Assembly (NCBI GenBank): GCA_947623725.1
Contig: CANQHI010000005.1
Location: forward strand, 1-59,148
Direction: 5' to 3'
Source of the DNA: an uncultured Clostridia bacterium
GTDB taxonomy: Bacteria; Bacillota; Clostridia; TANB77; CAG-508
Length of the DNA: 59,148 nucleotides
A program made the position numbers and the translations under genes. The notes under the pieces are model-generated. The model made no database searches and was not told the origin of the DNA. It saw only the letters and a list, made by a program, of their open reading frames with translations. Shown piece by piece: positions 1-8,842 of this stretch. Position 1 is the first letter of the stretch, and each line of letters begins with the position of its first letter.

Positions 1-81
1 AACCCAGGAGCATTCAACAAGACACCCACCTGTGAAAACAGGCTCTTAAAATATTTAATCTTACGGCTAATGTGGGGGTTT

Positions 82-930
82 TTAATTTATAATAATTTTT
101 CTTTTTACATTTCTATTTTTAATTTCCCCTATTCCTATAAATTTATTGTTATAATATAAATTAATTAACCCATCTTTTTTATCTGTTTCTATTTTTACTC
201 CATTTATTATTTTTTTATAATCTCTATCATTTAGATTAATTTTGATATTTTCTCTTATTTCGCAACTGCTACCTTCAATATATTCTAATGTATTTTCTAA
301 ATCAATGAATCTTCCTGAATCTTCAATTTTAAAATTTCCTATTCTTGTCCTTTTTAAATCTTTCATATATCCTAATGTATCTAACTTTTCAGCAATATCT
401 TCACATAAACTTCTTATATACGTTCCTTTCGAACATACTACTCTAAATATAATTTCTTTATTATCAAACTTTATAAGTTCTATATCATATATATTTATTT
501 TTCTTGGTTTTCTTTCTACTTCTATTCCCTTTCTTGCTAAATCATATAATTTTTCGCCATTTATCTTTATTGCAGAATACATTGGCGGAATTTGCATGGA
601 TTCTCCTTTAAATCTATCTAGCACTTCTGTAATATTTTCTTTACTTATATCATCAGGAACCGCTTTTTCTTCTATAATTTTTCCTTCACTATCTCCTGTA
701 TCTCTTTTTTCACCTAAACATAAAGTTGCAATATATTCTTTATCATGTTCAACAAGATAATCCGATAGTTTAGTAGCTTCTCCAATTAATATTGCTAAAA
801 CTCCTGTTGCCATTGGATCTAATGTTCCTATATGTCCAACTTTTTTTATATTATACTTTTTTCTTGCATCTCTGACCATATCAAAAGAGGTTTTTCCAAG
901 AGGTTTATCAACTATTAATATCCCATTCAT
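82..930 (-). CDS. truB: tRNA pseudouridine(55) synthase TruB
   Basis: 282-aa ORF with GILIVDKPLGKTSFDMV, HIGTLDPMATGVL (catalytic Asp) and MQIPPMYSA motifs typical of TruB. Confidence 0.9.
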   Translation of the reverse strand: MNGILIVDKPLGKTSFDMVRDARKKYNIKKVGHIGTLDPMATGVLAILIGEATKLSDYLVEHDKEYIATLCLGEKRDTGDSEGKIIEEKAVPDDISKENITEVLDRFKGESMQIPPMYSAIKINGEKLYDLARKGIEVERKPRKINIYDIELIKFDNKEIIFRVVCSKGTYIRSLCEDIAEKLDTLGYMKDLKRTRIGNFKIEDSGRFIDLENTLEYIEGSSCEIRENIKINLNDRDYKKIINGVKIETDKKDGLINLYYNNKFIGIGEIKNRNVKRKIIIN

Positions 931-986
931 TTATTTGTAATTTTACCTTTCTAATCGTTTTTAATCTTTTAGCTTTTTAACTAAAT

Positions 987-1970
987 TCAATTCATAAAAA
1001 ATGATTTTAAAGCTTCTTCTACTTCATTTTTAGTTTCTAAGTGATTTATTATATTCCTTAAATTTGAAGCATTAGGCATATTTTTTAAATAATAACAAAT
1101 ATGTTTTCTCATTTCTCTTATACCAACATATTCTCCTTTTTCTTCAACTTCAAGATTAATATGTTCTAACATTATATCAAGTATCTCTTTTTTATCAATT
1201 TCTCTCAAAGGTTTATGTAATAAGTAATTTTGAATATGCTCAAAAATCCATGGATTTCCTAAACTTGCCCTAGATATCATTATTCCATCACAATTTGTTT
1301 GCTGAAACATTTTTTCTGCATCATATATTGTTTTTATATCTCCATTTCCAATTATAGGAATACTTACTTTTTCTTTTATTTCTTTAATAATATTCCAATC
1401 TGCATTGCCTGAATAATACTCTGCTCTTGTTCTACCATGTACTGTTATTGCTTGAGCTCCTGCTTTTTCTATTGCCTGTGCTACTTCTATTCCATTAATA
1501 TGTTCACTATCCCAGCCTTTTCTAATCTTAACTGTTACTGGCATTTGTGAGTTTTCTACAGCAGTCTTAGTTATGCTATATACTTTATCTAAATTTAAAA
1601 GTAATTTACTCCCATCTCCATTTTTTACTATTTTAGGAGCCGGACACCCCATATTAATATCTATGATGTCTCCAATTTTTTCTTCATTTATATATTTTGT
1701 TGCAAATTCAATAGATTCTTCATCACTTCCAAAAATTTGCACAGCAACTGGTCTTTTTTCCCCTTCCATATTAAAAAGCTTTTTTGTTTTTTCATCACCA
1801 TAAAATAATGCTTTGCTACTAATCATTTCTGTATAAACAAGACCTGGATTAAATTTTTCACAAATAATACGAAAAGACCTATCTGTAAGTCCAGCCATAG
1901 GTCCTAAAAAAATATTGTTTTCTAATTCTAAATCTCCAATTTTTAATTTTTTTATTTTGTTTTTGCCCAA
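987..1970 (-). CDS. dus: tRNA-dihydrouridine synthase (Dus family), the C-terminal module of the fused 701-aa ORF 987..3092
   Basis: FLGPMAGLTD, DINMGCP and VHGRT motifs. A candidate own start is TTG 1968-1970 (or ATT 1971-1973), right after a purine-rich GAAGGACGGAGA. No stop codon separates it from the upstream SEDS module. Confidence 0.8.
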   Translation of the reverse strand: MGKNKIKKLKIGDLELENNIFLGPMAGLTDRSFRIICEKFNPGLVYTEMISSKALFYGDEKTKKLFNMEGEKRPVAVQIFGSDEESIEFATKYINEEKIGDIIDINMGCPAPKIVKNGDGSKLLLNLDKVYSITKTAVENSQMPVTVKIRKGWDSEHINGIEVAQAIEKAGAQAITVHGRTRAEYYSGNADWNIIKEIKEKVSIPIIGNGDIKTIYDAEKMFQQTNCDGIMISRASLGNPWIFEHIQNYLLHKPLREIDKKEILDIMLEHINLEVEEKGEYVGIREMRKHICYYLKNMPNASNLRNIINHLETKNEVEEALKSFFMN

Positions 1971-1976
1971 AATTCT

Positions 1977-3092
1977 CCGTCCTTCTTTTCCAACAAATAT
2001 TGCTTTTTGTCTTCTTCCACTTATATTTAAAAGCATTGCTATCATAATAAAATTGCTCAAAAGCGAACTTCCTCCATAACTAACAAATGGAAGTGGAACT
2101 CCTGTTATTGGCAGTAATCCCATAGTCATTCCAATGTTTTCTATCATGTGAAAGAAAAGTATTCCTGAAATTCCTGCCGCAATTAATGCACCTAAATCAT
2201 CTTTTGCAGTTTTAGCAACATACAGTGATTTTGTAACTAACACAACATAAAGTATTATTACAGATCCTGCAACTATAAATCCCATTTCTTCACCTATAAC
2301 AGAAAATATAAAGTCTGTAGATTTAGGATACAAGAAACCCAGTTGTGTTTGATTACCTTTTAATAATCCCATTCCTAAAAGTTCTCCTGCCCCTATTGCA
2401 ATCTTTGATTGTGTTAGGTTATACCCAGAACCTCTAGGATCTAAATCAGGATTTAAAAATACATCTATTCTCTTTTTTGCATGGTCTGGCAAAACAAATT
2501 TATATAAAAGCGGAATTGCTATAGCAATTAGTATAGCTGATATTATAATATATCTTTTATCTATACCACCAACAAATAACATAAACAAAAATGCTATTAA
2601 AAATGCTGCTGCAGTTCCATAGTCTGGTTGCTTAACTATCAACGCTAATGGAATTGCTATTATTAGAAAAAGTATAATTAACCTTGTTGGTCTACTTATT
2701 TCTTTTTCACCTTTTTTCTTCATTCTAGACATTATAAATGCTAAAAAAATTACTATAATTATTTTGGCAAATTCAGATGGCTGTATTGAAAATGTTTTAA
2801 AGTTATACCAACTTGTTGCACCAGATATTGGTGCAGTAAACAGTACTCCTATTAAGCTTAATATAATTAAAACATATAGTATAGGAGATATTTTAGCAAT
2901 TGTATCATAATCTATGAGTGTAAATATCAATAAAAATGGAATACTTATACCTGTCCACATTAATTGCTTTCTAAATTCTTCTTGATTTGTACTTTCAGTT
3001 GCTGAATAAATTGCAAATAATCCTATTATTACTAATAGGATTGTGCATATTAATATCCACCATTCAAGATTTTTTGTAATTTTTTTCTTCAT
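1977..3092 (-). CDS. rodA: SEDS-family protein (FtsW/RodA/SpoVE), the N-terminal module of the fused ORF 987..3092
   Basis: Polytopic membrane protein with QPDYGTA and LPITGVPLPFVSYGGSS motifs. Sits directly downstream of minD-minE as in many Firmicutes. It runs in frame into dus. Confidence 0.8.
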
Positions 3093-3124
3093 AGTTTATC
3101 CTTTATATTATGACCTACATAGGT

Positions 3125-3895
3125 TTATTTTCTATTTTTCTTTTGATTTTTATTCTTTTTACTTTTATTTATTGTATTTACTTTATTATTCATTACTTTT
3201 TCTGTGTTATCATTCTTTTTGTTTTCTGTATTGTTTACCGTATCTTCATTATCATTTTTATTGTTTAAATTTTCTTTATTTTCGTTATCACTTTTATTAT
3301 TTACATTTTCTTTGTTTTCATTATCAACTTTATTATTTACATTCTCTTTATTTTCATTATCACTTTTATTATTCACATTTTCTTTATTTTCGTTATTACT
3401 TTTATTATTTTCATTTTCTTTATTTTTATCATCATTTTTATTATTTGCATTTTTTTCATTATCATTAGGTTTTTTGTTCTCTTTGTCATTTTTATTTTTT
3501 GAATCTTCTTTTTTGTTTGCATTTTCACTATTTTCTTCTTTATTATCTTTTTTATTCTTTTCTAGTTTTTCTAAATTCATTTTATTCGATAATTTTCTAG
3601 TTTCACTCTTAATTCCTGCAATTGGAATATTTGCATAAAGTGCTGGTGCTCCAGTTGTACCATCACTATTTTGCTTATTTGTTAACTTTACATCTATCTC
3701 GTCTTCATTAACATCTATGTATTTTTTTATTACATCAATTATTTCTTGTTTCATCATATCAAGAAAATCCGCTGAAACATTTGCTCTATCTTGCAAAAGA
3801 ACTAAATGTAATCTTTCTTTTGCTTCATTTTTATTTATACTTTCTAGTTGCTTATTTGAAATTTTCTTTAAAAATCTTGTAATGCTCTCAAACAT
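3125..3895 (-). CDS. minE: Cell division topological specificity factor MinE with a roughly 155-aa N/K/E-rich repeat tail
   Basis: The first ~100 aa are MinE-like (AKERLHLVLLQDRANVS...DVKL...APALYANIPI). The rest is low complexity with (NENKENVNNKSD)n. Sits immediately downstream of minD. Confidence 0.85.
   Translation of the reverse strand: MFESITRFLKKISNKQLESINKNEAKERLHLVLLQDRANVSADFLDMMKQEIIDVIKKYIDVNEDEIDVKLTNKQNSDGTTGAPALYANIPIAGIKSETRKLSNKMNLEKLEKNKKDNKEENSENANKKEDSKNKNDKENKKPNDNEKNANNKNDDKNKENENNKSNNENKENVNNKSDNENKENVNNKVDNENKENVNNKSDNENKENLNNKNDNEDTVNNTENKKNDNTEKVMNNKVNTINKSKKNKNQKKNRK
3270..3449 (-). repeat. Five contiguous, in-frame 36-bp tandem repeats inside the minE tail
   Basis: Units at 3270-3305, 3306-3341, 3342-3377, 3378-3413 and 3414-3449. 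Consensus is ttttctttattttcgttatcacttttattatttaca on the + strand. Confidence 0.9.
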
Positions 3896-3925
3896 CTCTC
3901 AATACCTCCGATTTAAGATCTATTC

Positions 3926-4720
3926 TTATTTTCTCTTTTTTCTTTTTAATCTTTTTAAAAATCCTTCTTTTTTTCTACCTGGAATAGTTACTTCTATATT
4001 TTCACCTAAAATTCTTCTTGCAATTTCTATATATGCTTTTCCAGACGGAGCCTTTTTATTTGATACCGCAGGCTCACCTTTATTGGTTTGAGTTATTATA
4101 TTTTCATCTTCTGGTACAACACCTATTAAGTCTATTGATAATAAGTCTAAAATATCTTCTACATCCATCATTTCGCCTTTTTTTACCATTTCTGGTCTTA
4201 ATCTATTTATTATCAATTCTGGATTTTTTATTTCTGATGCTTCTAACAAACCTATTATTCTATCTGCATCACGTATTGAGGATATTTCAGCATTTGTAAC
4301 GACGATTGCTCTATTTGCTCCTGATATTGCATTTTTAAATCCTTGCTCTATACCTGCAGGGCAATCCACTAATATAAAATCAAATTCTTCTTTTAATCTT
4401 GATGTTAATTCTTTCATTTGTTCTTCATTTACTGATGTTTTATCCCTTGTCTGTGCCGCCGGTAATAAAAATAAATCTGTAAATCTTTTATCTTTGATTA
4501 GTGCTTGTCTAAGTTTACATTTTTCTTCAACTACATCAACAATGTCATACACTATTCTATTTTCTAGTCCCATAACAACGTCTAAGTTTCTTAATCCAAT
4601 ATCAGTATCAACTAAGACAACTTTTTTTCCTTTTAGTGCTAAGGCAGCTCCAAGATTAGCTGTAGTAGTAGTTTTACCGACACCACCTTTTCCTGATGTT
4701 ATGACTATAACCTCTCCCAT
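3926..4720 (-). CDS. minD: Septum site-determining ATPase MinD
   Basis: GEVIVITSGKGGVGKTT deviant Walker A. Start chosen at the ATG at 4720, preceded by AAGGAGGAAAAT. The longer ORF to 4747 begins at TTG with no SD. Confidence 0.9.
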   Translation of the reverse strand: MGEVIVITSGKGGVGKTTTTANLGAALALKGKKVVLVDTDIGLRNLDVVMGLENRIVYDIVDVVEEKCKLRQALIKDKRFTDLFLLPAAQTRDKTSVNEEQMKELTSRLKEEFDFILVDCPAGIEQGFKNAISGANRAIVVTNAEISSIRDADRIIGLLEASEIKNPELIINRLRPEMVKKGEMMDVEDILDLLSIDLIGVVPEDENIITQTNKGEPAVSNKKAPSGKAYIEIARRILGENIEVTIPGRKKEGFLKRLKRKKRK

Positions 4721-4895
4721 ATTTTCCTCCTTGTAATTTATATGCAAATTACATATATATTATATTTTTTATTTAGCTAAAAGTCAATGTAAAAATACAA
4801 AATTATTACAAAAATATTACATATTTTTTACTTTTATTAATTAATTATTTTAACTTAAAATTATTTGAATATTTATTCATAAAAATGAACCCTCT

Positions 4896-4974
4896 TTATT
4901 AAACTTTTTTGTCTAATAATTTGGGTTTACTTCGTTATTAAACAAATTTTGTCTAACAATTTAGGTTCACTTCA
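4896..4974. repeat. Two tandem copies of a 39/40-bp unit in the spacer upstream of minD
   Basis: 4896-4934 is ttattaaacttttttgtctaataatttgggtttacttcg. 4935-4974 is ttattaaacaaattttgtctaacaatttaggttcacttca. Confidence 0.85.
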
Positions 4975-5006
4975 TTAATTGTTACTACTTTAATTATAAT
5001 TATTTA

Positions 5007-5706
5007 TTATGCTTCTTCGATTTGCCCGTTATTTTCTTCACTTGCACTTTCATCATTATTTTCATTAACTAATTCTAAACTTGCTATTGATACTTCATAT
5101 GCAACTCTTTGTTCTACTGTTCCATCTTCATGCTTTTTCTCATAATTTCTAGATTGAACTCTACCTATTATTTTTACTTCTGTTCCAACTTCCATTTTTG
5201 AACAAAATCTTGCATTTCTACCCCATGCAATACATGGAATATAATCTGATTTATTATATGCTCTATTTACTGCAAGTAAAATATCTGCAATTTCTCTTCC
5301 GAAAGGGAGTTTGTCTGTAAATAGGAGTTTTACATATATATCCTATTAAAGTTACTTCATTTGATATAAAGTCTTTGCTTGCAACAACTTCTTCGTCTTG
5401 ATTTTCTAAAAATTCAATGTCTTTTGCAAATACTGTTAAAATCAATCTATTTTTTTCTTTTTCATAACTATTGTATGATCTAAATTGACCTTTTACTTTT
5501 ACTTTTTTATCAACTACTAATTCATCTTCTTTAAATAATCTTTCAGAAATTGTAATTGGTATAATATCTGCATTTCCACTAAGTCTTGGTACACTTAAAT
5601 TAAATGTAAAAAATTTTTCTCCATATATTTCATGACTAAATACTTTTTCATCTGTTATTTTTCCTACTAATACTAAATTGTTATTCTCTAAATAATTTGT
5701 TTCCAA
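5007..5706 (-). pseudogene. SSB-family protein with two OB-fold halves, reading frame broken by 1 nt near 5299-5301
   Basis: ORFs 5263..5706 and 5007..5195 join when one base is removed at TTT-CGG-AAG. The product then reads ...YRQTPF(G/R)REIADILLAVNRAYNKSDYIPCIAWGRNARFCSKMEVGTEVKIIGRVQSRNYEKK..., which is SSB/OB-like. Confidence 0.7.
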
Positions 5707-5862
5707 TTTGTTTTCCTCCTTAAATTTTTGTTCTTGTGTATCTCTTTATTTTTATACGCTAATTATTATTATACAATAAAATTTTAATTTTGTCTACATA
5801 AAAAGTTGATTTTCTTCTTATTTTTGTAAAAATTTTGTAATATTTCTAAAATTTTCTATATT

Positions 5863-6156
5863 TTAATCAACTTTATTTTCATTATTATCCCTTGTATTAA
5901 CAACATTTGAGCTTTCTGTCTTAACATAATTTTCTTGTGCATTTGGATTTAATCCAGAATCTGTATCTAATATTTGTGTATTTTGATTCATTTCAACTGA
6001 ACTTTCTACACTATTCGATAAAATTGTATTTGCTGAAGTCTTTAAAATTTCGTCATTTTTTTTAGTTATGGCAAATGATAGCACAAAAAGTAATGCTACT
6101 GTACTTAATGAAATTAAATAAGATAATATCTTCTCTTTATTAAAAACCATAAACAT
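5863..6156 (-). CDS. Small hypothetical membrane-anchored protein
   Basis: Start MFMVFNKEK preceded by GGAGGTAATTTT. One N-terminal TM segment. Confidence 0.5.
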   Translation of the reverse strand: MFMVFNKEKILSYLISLSTVALLFVLSFAITKKNDEILKTSANTILSNSVESSVEMNQNTQILDTDSGLNPNAQENYVKTESSNVVNTRDNNENKVD

Positions 6157-6234
6157 AAAATTACCTCCAACTAATGTATTTATATTCATATTAATTGGAG
6201 AATATTACTTTGTATAAAATAATTCTATTTTAAA

Positions 6235-6372
6235 TTATATTAAACCCATTTTTTTCATCATTTTCTTTCCTTGTTTTACCATTTTATTTGATCCCATTGA
6301 ACATTCTGCATAGATCATAGCTGCTCCTGCTGTTATTACCATTCCAGTTATCATTCCTTTAACAAATTTCAT
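6235..6372 (-). CDS. 45-aa hypothetical small protein, not in the supplied ORF track
   Basis: GGAGGTAATAATT precedes the ATG. Translation is MKFVKGMITGMVITAGAAMIYAECSMGSNKMVKQGKKMMKKMGLI. Hand-translated. Confidence 0.35.
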   Translation of the reverse strand: MKFVKGMITGMVITAGAAMIYAECSMGSNKMVKQGKKMMKKMGLI

Positions 6373-6457
6373 AATTATTACCTCCTTAAATTTTTAATTT
6401 GCTTTTCATAGATTAACAACAAATGATTAATTATCATTCAGATATTTTCTTCTATTA

Positions 6458-6826
6458 TTATGTGTGTTTTACATATTTTCTATACCAAAAAATTATTTCA
6501 TAAATTGCAATTATTATTAAAAAAATTGCAAATGCTTTTCTTAAAAAACTTAAATTTATTTTATTTGCAATATTTGATCCACATATTGCACCTATTATTC
6601 CTGAGATTGCAAGTGGTATTGCTATTTTCCAATTTAATTTTTTATTCTTTATATTTATAATAGTAGCTATTATTGATGTTGGAATAAAAAATATTATGTT
6701 GCTAGATTGAGCAATTAATTGATTAACATTCATAAAACAAGTTAAAAATGTAATAAGTATAGTTCCTCCTCCCATTCCCATACCACTTACTATGCCTGAT
6801 ATTATTCCTATCAAAATTATTATCAT
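6458..6826 (-). CDS. TauE/SafE (TSUP) family membrane protein, second-half module only
   Basis: 122 aa and 4 TM, with the GMGMGGGTILITFL motif. Its ATG overlaps the stop of the preceding half (ATGA). Confidence 0.65.
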   Translation of the reverse strand: MIIILIGIISGIVSGMGMGGGTILITFLTCFMNVNQLIAQSSNIIFFIPTSIIATIINIKNKKLNWKIAIPLAISGIIGAICGSNIANKINLSFLRKAFAIFLIIIAIYEIIFWYRKYVKHT

Positions 6827-7255
6827 TTATTAAATATTAGAATAGCTGAATAAATTAAAAAAATTATAAAAATTAATACTAAATATTTATCATTTATTTT
6901 TTTTAAAATATTTGCTCCAAGCCAGCCTCCTATTAAACCTCCTATTCCACTTAATACGCCTAATCTCAAATCTACATTTCCTGCTCTTTTATAAAAAATC
7001 ATACCTGCTAACACCATTGGCAAAATACAAAAAATCGCAATTGCTCTTGCTTCTTTTTCTTCTGTATGAATTAAATAAACTAAGCCGTGGCACAGCTATT
7101 AAGCCTCCTCCTGAAGCAAATAAACCACTTAAAAATCCTGTACATATTCCTAGCAAAATGATTTTTATTTTTGTTCTTTTATCTAATTTTTGATCTTTTT
7201 TCATATTTTTATTTTTTTCATTTAGTTTATTTTTATACAATAAATTTGTTTTCAT
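6823..7255 (-). pseudogene. TauE/SafE (TSUP) family first-half module, frame broken near 7085-7087
   Basis: ORFs 6989..7255 and 6823..7023 join if one base is removed at CCA-CGG-CTT. The product then reads SGGGLIAVP(G/R)LVYLIHTEEKEARAIAIFCILPMVLAGMIFY. Confidence 0.65.
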
Positions 7256-7308
7256 TTTTTATTGTTTTAAATATTTTTTAACATTAATAAAATTTTCAAT
7301 TTCTATAG

Positions 7309-7334
7309 TAAAAAGTCGGCCTAAAACCGACTTA
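7309..7334 (-). terminator. Rho-independent terminator after pilin-like gene 1
   Basis: The minus strand reads AAGTCGG-ttttagg-CCGACTT followed by TTTT. Confidence 0.65.
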
Positions 7335-7352
7335 AAAACTTAATATAAATTA

Positions 7353-8792
7353 TTAATTGCTTTCTAATAAAGCATGATACTCTGTTGATTTTTTGTAGTT
7401 TGCTTCAACTTCTTTTTCAGACAATCCTTTACTATATAGCCTTAATGCATAACAGTTTAATTTTGAATAATTCCATGCATAATTTTCGTATTCTTCATTA
7501 ATCCTTCCAATTGTAAAACAATTAAAAGAATTTAAAAGTTCATTTGTGAAAATATCCCATTGTACTTTATTAAAATCTGCATCATACACTTTCTTACCAT
7601 TTATGTAACATTTATAACTGTAAAATTCTCCACTTTTATTAAAACTTGATCCATCACTATAAACCCCATTTTCACTATTCTTATTTTGACTCTTTGAAGT
7701 GTCCAATGTAATCGTTATGTAACAAGGTTTATTAGGCTCAAATTCAGTTTCTGATAAACTATTAACTACATTCCACTGGTACGATTTATGACAATAGTCA
7801 GACAATTCTCTACACTGTTTATATCCACCATTAACAGACCATTCTATACCTGGATTACTTGCATTTCCATTATTATGAACAATCCCAAATCTAAACCATG
7901 ACCACTCATTACTATCTTTAATTCCATAATAGAATAAACCATTACAATATCCATTAAACTTTTCATTATTAGAAATCCAATAATTATTTCCTAGGTTCCA
8001 ACTTCCATAAAATTCAAATGTAAATCCTTGTTTTGACAATGCCTCTTTTTGTTCTTGTTTATCATATTGTATTGTAATATAATCATCAACTCCATCAAAA
8101 TTAAATGATGTACTTGTTAATCCACTTTCATTTGTTCCTTCTTCACTAAAGTTATGTAATTCTACTCCTGTCCCTAATTGTTTCTCAATATCTTCTTTAC
8201 TTTGTCCTGTTCCTTTATCTATTATTGATGAATCTATATTTATTATTAAATTATCTTTTACTGCTAGCATATCTCCTGCTGACCATGATTTATATTTTCC
8301 TTCTTCTAATTGAATTATTTCTCCTGTTTCATAATTTACTAGCCAATTATAATTTGCATTTCCATATCCACTTAATTCTGTTCCTTTTTCTACATAATAC
8401 CAACCATTGTCATATTGTTTTCCAGTATTTTCTACTTTTACTATATGCCAATTATATGAATTTTCTATGTTTTTTTCTTTTAACTCATCTCCTAATCTTT
8501 CCGAGCTTACATTTTCTAAATATTTACCTAATTGTACCGAGATTACATTTTGTCCTAAATATTCTCTTTCACTCTCTAAATTATACTTTTCTACTGTTGT
8601 TTTTGCTCTTTTAAACAATCCATTTTGGCTTAAAGCTGTAGTTAAAGTTACTCCTGTTAATATTAAGAGTATTATTATCGTTATTACTAATGCTACCAAG
8701 GTGATTCCACATTCTTTATAATTTACTTTTCTCATTATTTTTTGCTTTCTTACTGATTCTTTTTTTATAAACTTTATTTTTTTATTCATCAT
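7353..8792 (-). CDS. Pilin-like-anchored protein, paralog 1, with a LamG/concanavalin-like C-terminal region
   Basis: N-terminus is ...RKVNYKECGITLVALVITIIILLILTGVTLTTALSQNGLFKRAK. It resembles a class III (prepilin) signal but has Ala, not Glu, at +5. FNFDGVDDYITI is a typical LamG-like motif. Start chosen at the ATG at 8792 after AAAAGGAGATTTT. Confidence 0.7.
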   Translation of the reverse strand: MMNKKIKFIKKESVRKQKIMRKVNYKECGITLVALVITIIILLILTGVTLTTALSQNGLFKRAKTTVEKYNLESEREYLGQNVISVQLGKYLENVSSERLGDELKEKNIENSYNWHIVKVENTGKQYDNGWYYVEKGTELSGYGNANYNWLVNYETGEIIQLEEGKYKSWSAGDMLAVKDNLIINIDSSIIDKGTGQSKEDIEKQLGTGVELHNFSEEGTNESGLTSTSFNFDGVDDYITIQYDKQEQKEALSKQGFTFEFYGSWNLGNNYWISNNEKFNGYCNGLFYYGIKDSNEWSWFRFGIVHNNGNASNPGIEWSVNGGYKQCRELSDYCHKSYQWNVVNSLSETEFEPNKPCYITITLDTSKSQNKNSENGVYSDGSSFNKSGEFYSYKCYINGKKVYDADFNKVQWDIFTNELLNSFNCFTIGRINEEYENYAWNYSKLNCYALRLYSKGLSEKEVEANYKKSTEYHALLESN

Positions 8793-8842
8793 AAAATCTC
8801 CTTTTATTATCAATACTTTACAAGTAATTTTATACACAAATT

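Noticed and set aside
1-81. A noticeably GC-richer stretch at the window edge, downstream of truB, containing a CCTGT-gaaa-ACAGG hairpin.
   Set aside because: It is too short and is truncated by the window. It could be the start of the next gene (ribF-type context) or part of a structured leader. I could not match it to any riboswitch or RNA family from memory.
242-760. Antisense or shadow ORFs in the supplied track. Examples are 242-760, 1573-1803, 3043-3468, 3204-3638, 3717-4091, 4018-4299, 8225-8721, 13106-13309, 37518-37775, 43590-43910, 47638-48105 and 54765-55016.
   Set aside because: They lie opposite or out of frame within clearly homologous genes. They translate to Leu/Phe/Ile/Ser-rich low-complexity strings typical of AT-rich antisense frames, and they lack ribosome-binding sites.
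3270-3449. Regular 36-bp periodic repeats that could look like a CRISPR array.
   Set aside because: The units are contiguous with no spacers. They are in frame within the minE ORF and encode a repeating 12-aa peptide, so this is a coding tandem repeat.
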